From Auanema rhodensis (lineage: Eukaryota; Animalia; Nematoda): a stretch of DNA of 64,000 nt. Location: the NCBI GenBank assembly GCA_964057225.1, contig OZ059895.1, positions 6,634,001-6,698,000 of the forward strand, given 5' to 3'. This document shows, in pieces, positions 12,294-24,227 of this stretch. The notes beneath the pieces were generated by a model. It ran no database searches. It had not been told where the DNA came from and was given only the letters and a program-made list of their open reading frames with translations. The translations under genes and the position numbers were made by a program. The stretch's first letter is position 1, and each line of letters starts with the position of its first letter.

Positions 12294-15200
12294 TTCGGCT
12301 CGGAGTAATCACCACGGACCTTCGTCTAGAATTCAGATAGCTGAAGAGCTTAATGAGGAAAAAATAAACACATAAAAAGTTAAATTTCATTTAATATTCA
12401 ATGAAGTATCTAAGAACAGCACAAAGAAATGAAGAAAGTGGAGGATTCGACTTCAGAAGTAAACAGAACCTATTTTCCGGTTCTGGGTGCAGGAGCCAAG
12501 TTAGAGAAGAGGAAATGAGAACAAGTCCTTCATACTCTTCTATCTAGCCAAGCAATTAAATCATAAATGATCCAAATTTGAGAGAAAGTGGTTGGAAGGA
12601 ATCAAATAGATTGAGGCAGCGGACAAAAAACAAATACGATGAAACGAAATCAAGCTGCTGCTGGTTTATACCTTTATGAGAATATCAATGCGTTTGAACG
12701 ATATAGGCTGAGACATTAAAGGCTATGACGAAGTTAAACATCAACAACGACAGAAGAGAGTTTTTGGCATAGAAGATGCAACCGGTTCAATAAATATTCA
12801 AAGATAAAATAAAAACCACACAATGTTCCCATGTGTAGTGAGGGCTGAAGTGAAAATAAAGAAAAGCTAACTATTACAAATGATATAGCATAATATATCA
12901 AGAAAGGTGGTTGGTTAAGTAAGTGATAGTATGTATAGTGGATTGGATTAATCTCACCTTCTCTTCACTTTAAGACGAACGAATATGAGTTGGATGAACC
13001 AGGGATGGACAGATGAAGGAGGTGGATGGACAGGTGAGTGGATATTCGGAACATCACATATTATTATGTATGGGCAGCAAAATAGAAGAGAAACATAAGC
13101 AAAATTAGAGAAATTAGAGAGAGAAAGACTTATCAGATAAGGGATTTGTCCGAGTGTTGTGGCCCGATTTCGTGTCTGCGTAGTCTCGGTCGTCCGCCTA
13201 CTAGCTACCCCCCACCCTCTTCGTAAGTCGAATGGGCCCGAGGCAGTAGAAGGTTAGGTAGATAGGATGATAGTAAATATAGGAGTGAGGTAACTGCGAA
13301 TGATGTCTTATGTACTCTCTATCTCTTAAAGTCTCGATAGTTATCATCATATTCAATCTTGTATCTAACATCTTTGTTGTCTTAATCATCGTATTGTGTT
13401 CTAATGCCTAAGCAAAAGTCCGTATTGGAGCTAGAATGAGTTATTCCACTCTTCCACCCTTTAATCCTTTATGAATGTTGTAATATATTGAACAGAAGGA
13501 GTGTGTTCTCTATAGTGAACGCATAAACAGTTGAGAGAATAGAAAGAAGGAAAGATAGCTTCGGGCAAGATAGAAAATTAAGAGAGAGAGAGAAGGGGGG
13601 ACAGAGTTAGTATTGCAATGATTGTCGGGAAGATACAGAACATAGAAGAGATATTGCTATGCAGAATATGTGATCCGTGAGGTGGTAGTAGTTGTCTCAA
13701 TCTATTTCTATTTCTCCCAAACGACTGTTTCTCGTGCCGTGCAGATAATAGAAATGAGAGATGTACAATTGAAGTAAAAGAAAGAGATAGAATACTTCAA
13801 AATAGTCTTCAGATGGATAGATACGACAAAGAGATTATATAAATACGTTAAAATGATAGTCAACTGATAAAAACAATGGATATCATTCTCATATCTCTTT
13901 TTCATCCCTACCTCTCTGCAGGATGTTTCATTTCCATTTATCTCTCGTATATACCTAATTTGGAGTACTGGTGGTGCAGTCACCCAAGGACAAGGATGTT
14001 GCAGAAACTAATGTCAACTACTACCAACCATTCGTCTGTATTCCTGAGGCTGTCAGGTTCGTCTATATCCACTCTCTCGGCCATGTCTTCTCCTCATCAT
14101 CAACTGTACAGATTGCGGTAATTATGAATATTTTTCCTTCTCTCATATTTTCCTAATCTCTACTTCATTATAGTTATTTTGATGTGCGGCTATAGATCTG
14201 TCCTGCCGGTAGGATATGACTGCGCATATGCATACAAGATAAACAGCTGATTATCAATGTCTATTCGAGATGAAGGGGCAAAACAAAGGAACCTATTTTA
14301 ACAAATAATTCCCTGTTGTACATTTTGATTGAAGTATATGACAAATCCTTCAACAATGTTATATCAAAATCGCAAAATCTTAAGCTTGTGAATTGTGGAT
14401 GTAGACAACGCTGTCTGCAACAGCTAACACCCACCATCCCCTTTTTACTTAATGGATTTGACTGATAGAGCGAGCATCATCAAGAAATAAAGCAGTGCGA
14501 GGCTTGAATAACTTGAAATTTGATTTAAGGACAGATCTTTAGACAAAAAGGCTTGAATGTCCAAAAAACTGCACGTGTTAAATTTGAGTCTGGAAGTCAA
14601 ACCCTCCATTGTCAAATAGATTTATTCAACGTCAACAACGCCTACGTTGAAAACTGGGACTTGTCAGTTCATTCCTCTCATCGGCAAAAACGAGTGTGGC
14701 AAGCAAAATATTGAAATAAATGAAATTTGCCTTCAAGAAGAGAAAAATTTCATGTACACTAAGGGATAACTCTACAGATGAAGAATCAGTAACAATTGAG
14801 AACATGTTGAAATAACATGTTATTTAAGGACGAGAATAATTATATTTTATAGTATTCAAAACTATTACGAGGAATATTATAAGAAATGATACTTAGTAAA
14901 CCAGAAAGAACACTTTAATAACTAGAATTGGTGCTATTTATACTTGAAGGTTCATTTTCCTTTCTTTGAAAAAAAAACGAAGGAAAGACGAAATAGTTAT
15001 TGATAAAAAGAACATCGTTAATTAAAAACTAAAAAAACAAATCTGAGCCAATCATTCATTTCAGAGAAAAATGACAGCTATCAGAAAGAGAAAGACAATT
15101 CCAAAATGAAAATTGTTTTCTAATTTAGTAAACGTTTACACCAGATGTATGTTTTGTTTTTACTATATTCTACACAATTTTCCAATGTTCACACTAAATT

Positions 15201-18200
15201 TAAGACAATCTGATAACGTAAATTAATAGATTAAAAGTTTTAAAGAAAGAAGTATGTGTTATGTAATAAAGATTTAACATCATGCTTAAGGCTGAAAAAC
15301 AAAGCGGTAATCCCCAAGCATAAGGTCGGGACGAAATACTTGCAAATAGTAATGATAAGAACGAAATTAGCTAACATTAGAAAGTAAATGACAAATTTGT
15401 ATTATTGTTGCAGCAAAAGTTGGAAAGCATTCCACGTATTCTCACCTAAATGCGTGCAATATAATTTGGAACCAAATGAAATATTAAAATGTATGATCAA
15501 AAAGCAAGAATGTGCATCCTTTTGAGAACGATGAGTAAAATGCAAATATTTTCCAAAACTTTTGTTATTGTCTCTAATTTCGCCATCACTTTTCACGCTG
15601 GGAATAAAAAAAGTTCCATGACAATAGATTAGAGTTTGTAATCGGAGCAGACTAGAAAAGACCAGAGGCGAAACGAAAATGGGATAAAAGAAAAAATCCA
15701 GTGTATTAACTATACATACACAAATAGATGAAGAAAGAGACAAGCGGAAGAGTGCACAAGTAAGCTTAGAAAACTGAGAACATGAAGAACATCAGAAACA
15801 ACTTAATCGAAGTAGTTCCTGGATTGAAGCTAATGGAAATTAACATTTTCCCAAAAATGAAGTACAGTGCATTGAGCATAGACATCAAAATATTTTCAAT
15901 TAAAATTTACAACTCAAACTTAAATTCGAAAACATAATAAAAAGAAATGTTGAATTAGCATTTTAAAAATGGAGAAAGTTAATATTACGAAAAATTTCAA
16001 GGACAGAAAGTGATAAAAAATAATTAGAAACGATGAGAAAATAACGGAAGTAAAGTAATATCACAGAATTTCATACCCCATAAAAAATAAATATTCTGTC
16101 AACTAACTGGATTAGTCATTAAGCCAAAATATTGGCAGATTGCCGGATTAGGTCAGGCAGCTCGATCGATTCGATGTATCTGTCTTTCTTGGTTCTGTCT
16201 CTTGCGCATGTGTCACAATCATCTGACCTCAATTGGCTCCGCCCTAAGTCCCAAATATAGCCCGCGGCTCAGACTAATTGAATGGAGCAAGATATGGCAT
16301 ACAATCGTGAACCAAATTGAAGAACACATTCGAAAATAGATATGATGTTATTGAACTTTCAGGGTGGTCGGAGAAAGCAAAAGCAGAACTCTAACTTGAA
16401 ATAGATAGAAAAAAGTAAAATGCAGACTGAAAAATGTCGGTTGTCACACCAAAGTACAAATGAGATATATGAAATTTCTAGCAGACTAGTAGTAAATTGT
16501 TTTATATTGTAACTCAAAAAAAGGGAAAAGTGATTAAAAGGAAAAAGTAAAATGAAGAAATAAATGGATATACATCGATAAAAATTTAGTATAAACATAT
16601 ATGTAGTTAAACACAAGCATATGCATCATGAAGAATAGATTCCAAATAGAGATTAGGTTGCTAAATAATAATCGTATGCGTTTCGTTTTCTCTTTCTCTC
16701 TTCTATATTGTTTGTGAGCAGTTCCCTTCAGGAGTCCAAAGCTAGGAATGGATATACGAGCTGAACGAGGTCGTCCAGATTGTCTCAACCCTGATATGGA
16801 CTGCTTCTAATGAATAAGTAATAGAGCCTTGAGAGCTCGTATACATCTATGTATATCCCATAAAACTCACTGAATCAACGTATTATAGACAATTGATGAG
16901 ATGATACATGACCCAGGTAATAAGGTAAGAAGATAAAAATGTTTCTTTTATCTATCGAAATAGAAAGAAAGCCTTCTGCCAGACGATATCTATCAATATG
17001 CCAGATGGGTACTTTTCGGCTTTTTTATCCAAATATGGCCAGTGTCATATTGGAGGTCGAATATCCTGACAACGTGTAATGACCTTTGGAGAATGATTTG
17101 CAAACGTTTTTATTCCAGAAATCTTCGTAAAGAACAGCAATTTCTTGAAGAAAGTATTGGTTGAGACACAAATGAGAATAGTTCTTAAGAAGAGGAATCA
17201 AATTGAAAAAAATGAGTAAATCATCAAAACAGGTAATAATCCTCCAATAAGTAAAATGTTTATAACACTCAAAAAGAAAAATATCAAAAAGAAAACTGGG
17301 TTTCAAACTAGAAAACAAATTTGGATACTGACAGATAAAATAATTTTATTTATGAAAAAGAAAACCTGGAGCTTCATAACACTTCACTACCATTTTATAA
17401 AATTAGATTAGAATAATCCATAGACAAGAGAAGAGAAGAAAACTGTGAATACGAATAGTACAGCAAATATATATACATATGTAAGTCTTGAAAAGATTGG
17501 TTAGTGTGAAATTGAGGCTTCATTACTGTGTTGAATTCTAGAAGAGACACATGATTGCAACATTAGTTAGCGGAATAGCCGACTAGTCTTAAAAAGGAAG
17601 TACAGCCGATAGTGGGAGTGGATAGCGAAGTTGAGGACCACAGAAAACGTAATGAAGATGTGCTACAACCACACATGTTTCTTTCAGTCGTAACGGTTCT
17701 TCCATTCTTTTTGCTCCACGTCTAATCCGAACGTCGGCAGCAAATTTGTCAATTAAGTCACGACAAGATACAACGGCTATCTTGGCCATCTGGCAGAATT
17801 TAGAAGAAAAATGGCCGAAAATTGGAAAGAAAGAAGGAAGACGTGGGAGGTTACGAGATGTGAAAATGAATAAATGGATTGAAAAGAAAAAAGGCAGTAG
17901 GAATCGACAAGCAGCGCGATACATTACTCATCAGAACGTCGATGTGGATAATTGTTATACACAACAATCTCTGAAGTTCAAGAGGGAGATGGACATGCTC
18001 CTACGAAACAAGAAACAACAATACAAATTTAAGAAGTAGCAACATGAAGAACACATCAATTAAAAGGTTGAATAAAGATTGGTGGAAATGCATAATAGTC
18101 GATAACGAATCAAATACGAACCAGAAGTGGAAGTAGAAAAAGAACATAGAACAAGACATACTCAATAAGAATGGAAGATGAACGCACCACGCTTTTAAGA

Positions 18201-21200
18201 GCTGCAACAGCTGGAAGACATCAATGCTAGAGTTGGATGAGTGGCAACAGTAGCACCACCTCGTGGGGTCGTGTGCTGTCTGATGAACATTCTAACTGTA
18301 AGCTTGCTGGAGCTGTTATTATGCTGCGCATCAATTTACAGCATGGTAAGGGAAATATATTATTATTTATGTATATTATGAAAAAAAGTAATCCGGAATA
18401 GAGACATATTTTCATTATTATTGAGAAGTTATATTAAAAATGCTTAAAAGAATGGCAACATACAATCCTCAAAAAGAATCAAAGGTAAAAATAAGCCGCT
18501 GGAACTAGATGAATTCCATACTCACTTCTATCTATCCTCTCGTCTTCATTCTGGTCATTCCTACTTCTTCATTCAAGAGAGAGGACGAAGCACTGAGTGA
18601 ATTTTAGTGGTTGGGGAAGATTTCTCAGCAAAATATATGAGAATATAGATGAAGATCAAGAGATCTCCAGAGAAACCTCAGTTCGACGCCTCTTCAAGCT
18701 TCAGCTGGTCGGCGGTCATTGAAGCGCGAAATAGATCTGGACAATAAGAGAGAAGGATATTAGGAGAGAGTATGAAGAAAAATACAGGAGACCTAAAGCA
18801 GAAAAGCGATAATTGACGAAGTGCTGGATAAATCCATAAACACCTGATAAGCGCATCACAAGAATAAATACAAATCTTTTCCGGTTGCTAGCACAAATCG
18901 ATCTAGATTTTTTAACCAATGCTTGAAGATGATATCCTTCAGAGAAGGGATAGTATCAAAATTGTTTGTTAAGTACAACTAAGTACAATACATAAAAATA
19001 TACAATGAATAATGGATCATAGAGAAATTAAAGAAGAATTGATCTATAGTATCGTATTTCTATTTCTACTCTGCTTTGTTATCGTGTAGAATTAATGAGA
19101 TTTAGTATAAGTCCTAGGGTTATAATAACTGAAAGTTTATATTTTAAACTATTCTAATAAATTTAATGTTATAATTATAAAGATAAGTGAATAATCTAAA
19201 TAATATGTAGAAAAAAAGAATATTGTGACAAAGTGTGAAAAGAGACAGCACAGAAAATTTACTTGGATCAATTCAAAATGTTGAAAAACTTTTGGGTTTC
19301 GATTAATTTCAGTATACTGAACAGAATATTCCATAAAGCTCATGCGAGAGAATCTGTAAAACAAAGGAGTGTAGGATATTTGAATAAGTAAAACTTGTGA
19401 GAGCTAAGACAGAAAAAAAGGCCATTGGTGGCAAGCACTTCACAATAGAAGAGGGAAGGAAAACGAACAAGAAAGCCTAGAAAAATAGATAGAGCCAAAT
19501 GATGAGACCAACATAGAGAACAAAAAACATAGTTTGAATAAAAATAGGCTGTAGTATAAGACTAGAAATTCGTTATTGTGAATTTACAACTTTAGAGCTT
19601 CATGTTTAAAAGAATGAATATAAACTGAGCGACTATCTTAAGAACGCTTTTCGATTTCACTCTATTTTCTCAGCGACTGCTGGATGCCAATATTATTTTG
19701 TCTACCAATAACAGATGTTGACCTGAACAGTTAGTAAAAAGTTATGGTGGACTTAAAAACTAATAATAAAGCTTATCTTTTATCGTTTTTCATTTTAAAT
19801 GTAATTGAAATGGAAAAGGGAGCATATACAGAAGTTAAACACTTAAATTCAAATGAGCTGGGTAAACAAGAAAATTCATAATGGAAAGAAAAGGCAATTG
19901 CTTTCATGTTGACGTCCGTTGTAAATGAAAAACTAAAATATTGGATTAACCTTATAATATTGGAAATACCGTGTTCAAGAAATTTAAAAAGAGAAATTCA
20001 AGAAGCATATGATATAGCAAAATAATTTCAGAATATAACTAGTAAACAGTATTCAAGATAAGTTTAAAAAATCACAAATGTGGAAATGAAGAAGTGGGAA
20101 TATAATGAAGACATGAGGGATTTCATTTTCGTCATGATCACGATCATGAAAGTTCCGATTCAATAACTAATGCGATTAAAGGATTGTTTTGCTCGCTGTA
20201 CAATGGATAAGCATAAAGTTATAAATTTCGCCAATACTGAACGATCATTTTACTGAGAAAGTAAGATCTATAGATAGAAGTACGTGTCAAAGGGATTAGT
20301 ATATGAGCCTCGCCTATGTGAGTGGAAACAAGGCCAGCAATGGAAGCAGTAGAAAAGCTGAGTTATTCTTCCAAGAATATGCAATATTGAAAATGAATTG
20401 AAAAAATGAATACAGGGCGTGTATTTTAAGATCCAGAAATAGAAGGCCGGAGTTCTCTGACTCCTGCATACTCTGTCTTAATAATTAATTAGATTGTTGA
20501 TTCGTAGCTCCAAGCTATAAATGTTCTAGAAAACAATTCCAATTCAGCTGAATGATACATATGTCAATTTTTGAAAAGAGAAGCTTAGGCGACGATGCAA
20601 TAAAATAACCTCAAATATGGTAATAAGTTTAGCATGCATGTATGAACTATGAAACAAAACGCTTATATTTGAATTACAAACAGAAATGACGTGAACCCAT
20701 ACTTCAAGAAGTCGATCGAAGCCCAAGTATTAATGGCGGAAGTTCTTTTGCTACTGGTCAGAAATATACGTTTGAATAATAAAAGTTAAACGAGCGAGAT
20801 GACTAGAAAGGGGGTAAGGCAGTTATTCGGAGAAGATAGGAGACGCAGATGATTGCAGAGATATGACCAAGAATAAATAATCGGCTGTCTGCTCAATCAT
20901 CCAGAAATAATTTAAATACATGAAATAAATCATGAAATGATGTAGGGTAAGGCTGACGCTCTAGTAATGGACGATGTTTCATTCGGCCAGTTGATGTGAA
21001 CAAGCAATGATTGTTCTTGGCACCTAAAGAATTCAGAAAGACCATCGACCGGTGGGAAAAACCCCCAAGTAGTTTAGCACCCTGCACATTATTCATCTTC
21101 GGGTAGTGCAACTTTTCGTTCTTTACCAGTAAATAGCATCCACTACCATCAGCTAATCTCGATCTTAGCCAAGCATATGAGAACAGAATGAGATTAAATG

Positions 21201-21635
21201 GGTCCAGTGTGAAAAGAGGAGCAAGTAGGAAAGGCTGTAATAAAATGATCAGTATTGCAGGAACCAACAACAAAGATTTAGAACGAGGTACTTGCAAGAG
21301 TCTTTTATCGCTCTGCCACCCTCATCCATTCCTTTTATCAATCACATACAGATCAGCTTATCTATGTACTAGTCAGTTTCTAACAATCTAAAGACAAGAT
21401 AATTTATTTTTAGCTCTAGACCAAAGTATTGATAAACTTATATAGATCTTCGAAAACATCCGTAAGTTCAAAAGCTAATCAAGCAATATTTTCCTGACAA
21501 CATAATTCAAAAATGGTGACGGGTTGACTATCAGAGAAAAAGAAGAATATGTTGCATATTGAAAATTTTTCAAAATTCTCCAGCTTATCTTGTTCACACG
21601 AACTTTTCACCTTTCTTTAGAACTAGAGTTAGATC

Positions 21636-21778
21636 TTTCCGCAACATTCTGTCCAAACTAGGACAGCCCAAATCGATGGACAGACTGGATGGCCATGCAT
21701 ACGGAATGAAGTGAAGAAGCCGGCTTTCGGCTTCTTGTTACAGCACGTTGACGGAAATTTCCCTCATTTCGGAGGGAA
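21636..21778. other. Multi-hairpin structured element of unknown class
   Basis: Closing helix tttccgcaac (21636-45) / gttgacggaaa (21747-57); hairpins ctgtcc/ggacag, aagaagccg/cggcttctt (9 bp perfect) and ttccctc/gagggaa. Confidence 0.4.
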
Positions 21779-23489
21779 CAAATCAGAAAGACAAAGCTAG
21801 TAACATAGAACGCAATGTTAAGCTATGACACATCTGGATACGGATTTTAGAAGCAATGAATATGAACAAGGAAACAATGAAATCAAATGAAAATTGATGA
21901 CCAGACGTATGGAGCCAATTTATGGGTTCGAATTGTACATTAAAGACAGAATATGCCAAAGAAACGACATGTGATATTAGCCACATTTCGGCTCATGCGT
22001 ATATAGATTCCCTATGATCGGAAATCAAAACTGAAGATGCCAGTAATAAAACATGTTGAATGTATAAAAACAATAATTGTGGGATGATTATTGAATTTCT
22101 ACTTTTTAGTTAAACACAGTTATAAAAAAAGGTGCTGAGTACGGCAATATCATTGAAAAGAAGCGAATATGTAGAGAGAAGCCGACTTTGTGCCCAGCTC
22201 GTAAGCACTAACGCGTGAACGACTGACTACTCTGGATGTCATGACCACAAACAGCCAGCTTTACCCTGACCCATTATGTTAATGGCCATTGCATTGTTCT
22301 ATTATATATTTCAAACTAAAGGCAGACCACCCGTATTCATAACTCAGGTGGCTAGCATATGTGTTTGTGTTACTAGTAAGAAAACAATCAAAAATGACCA
22401 TTAAGGCCAGGAAATGGAATGCGATTAAGAAACATACTATCATCAGAAACAAAACAGGAATGATAACTGAATGTTCACGAATCTAAACAAACCCACCTAA
22501 ATCCAGAACTACTTCACCACTTCTATTAAATTTATATATAACCAAAAACTATTGCTAGCTTATATTATGCCAATCAATAATAATAAGCTTTGTGCCCGAG
22601 TTATTAATATTTCCCGCCACTTTTGAAAGCTAAATGAATATTACAAAACTGCTGACGTATATCTAGTGAGCATGAATCTAGTGTGCTCTGAATAATTAAT
22701 ACTATTATAATACATATAGTATAAATGCGCAAACGGTACTCGATATTTCAGAATTTTCAGTACTTAAAAAATTGATGATTTCACATAAAATATTCAAATT
22801 TTTCTCACCTGTTAATTACCAATAAAGAGGTTTAAAGGGGTAAACAAACTGGTGATATTAAGTAAACATACATTTTAGCTTAATCATTTTTTACCGTTCT
22901 TCCTCGTATTTCCTCAATTTTATCTATCTCATTGTAAAAACATAACGGTGTTTTTTTAACCGATAATTTGCTCAAATATAATACATACATAAGCGAAAAA
23001 GAGTTAATATTGAATGAAATCGCTTCAACAAGAGAGAAATCGATCTTAATAATTTTTTTAAGTTTTGAAATTGTTTTGTCAATCAATGAATTAAAATTTT
23101 AATGAACTGAAGATTTAGTCAAGTGTGTAATATATCCAGTAACATATATGTAAAGCAGATGATCATCTTATAATGTATTTAATAGAATAGATAATATTTC
23201 TTACGCAGACAAATTCTGCACGTCTAATAAGCCTTAAGATCATTTCTCCCAACTTAGCGACTGGTAGGACATATCTGTTTACATAGACTGAATGGGAAAA
23301 CGCATCATGAATCTGATACGAGGTTGTTTCTTTTAGAGTGAATTCTCTGTGCTAAATTAGAACAGAAGCTTTAAATAATTCAAGATATTGAGATGAAGAT
23401 ACTGTTTCTCTGTGAAACATAAACCTGGTTAAATTGACCTCCCAATCAGTAGTTTTACCTCTATAGCCATTTTTTCAATGATATTCATG

Positions 23490-23729
23490 AAAAAAGAGCC
23501 ATGTCCTGAGCAATGCCGAGAGAGAAACCAGTAGTGGACACCTGCTTTTGTGCTGTAAATGTCCGTCGTTAGTACCAAACGACTGCGTAGTGAATGACAC
23601 GCAGAGGCGCCTGCTACCCGGCCCAGACCCATCGACATTTGTTCCATATCGATTGCCTGTTATTCCCGTGTAGTTTCTATAGTGCGGTGGCTTCCGCTTT
23701 TCCAAGCCTTTACCAAGTAGGACCGGCAT
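23490..23729 (-). ncRNA. Candidate ~240-nt structured Pol III-like RNA, family unassigned
   Basis: 5'/3' closing helix, a second long-range helix and six internal hairpins. Four helices contain G-U pairs on the minus strand that would be C-A mismatches on the plus strand. T6 run directly after the closing helix; TTTAAAA about 25-30 nt upstream. Confidence 0.55.
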
Positions 23730-23741
23730 GAGTAAAAGCGA
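23728..23741 (+). CDS. unc-94: Alternative first coding exon of tropomodulin (UNC-94a-like)
   Basis: ATG AGT AAA AGC GA|gtaagt (consensus donor, phase 2). Joined to the 24370 acceptor it gives MSKSDYYSEEKTF, similar to C. elegans UNC-94a MSQAKTDYYSEEKTF as recalled. Confidence 0.65.
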
Positions 23742-24227
23742 GTAAGTTCTATTTTAAATTATTCTCAAGATACCCACCGAGCCAAATATTTTGGCTTCCA
23801 ACATTGGAATCACCTATGGCGTGAACAACGCTACTCACTATTTGAAGTACACGTCCCGAAACATATGCCTCGTTATTCATACTTTTATTTGCAAATAGTT
23901 AATGCTTAGTGTCTTTCTGACTTTTCCTCTTTTTCGTCGTTCTTTGTTTAAAAATACAGTTCGACTCCACAGTATAGTAAGGGAAGTATTTAAGTGTTTG
24001 TCGAATGTTTGCTCTTCTTGCTGCGCGGCCGCACAGTCCATGTGAGTTGCGCCAATCGACCTCCTCCTACCCTCCTTCACTGTCTTTTCTCCTAATCTAT
24101 ATCCCAAGCCCATCATATACACACTGTCTGTCTGACTTTCCTCATCATTCAATTTTCTTTAATTTTGTCTTTAATTGCTGCAAAAAAAAAGTGAATAAGA
24201 CAAAAATTACTGAGATCTGTATTAAAA

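Noticed and set aside
12235-13250. Out-of-frame reading frame open from an upstream exon across the nab-1 start codon
   Set aside because: No in-frame ATG was found before the upstream stop; most likely 5' UTR.
13141-13260. GC-rich segment with several possible pairings near the nab-1 5' end
   Set aside because: Competing short helices with no consistent fold or terminator; a promoter is the simpler explanation.
18526-18750. Minus-strand exon-like segment with a gtgagt donor
   Set aside because: Contains only very short ORFs; at best a non-coding nab-1 leader exon, which cannot be supported from sequence alone.
20893-21297. 134-aa minus-strand ORF
   Set aside because: Non-ATG start, no recognisable motif and no clear splice chain.
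22810-22845. Spliced-leader-like words (gttaattacc, ggtttaa)
   Set aside because: No complete 22-nt leader, donor or Sm site.
23490-23729. Assignment of the structured RNA to RNase P, MRP, SRP, Y/sbRNA, a U snRNA or telomerase RNA
   Set aside because: The diagnostic motifs of each are absent by eye. Only scattered SRP-like words (CCGCACTA, ATATGG, AGCAGG) occur, without the SRP fold.
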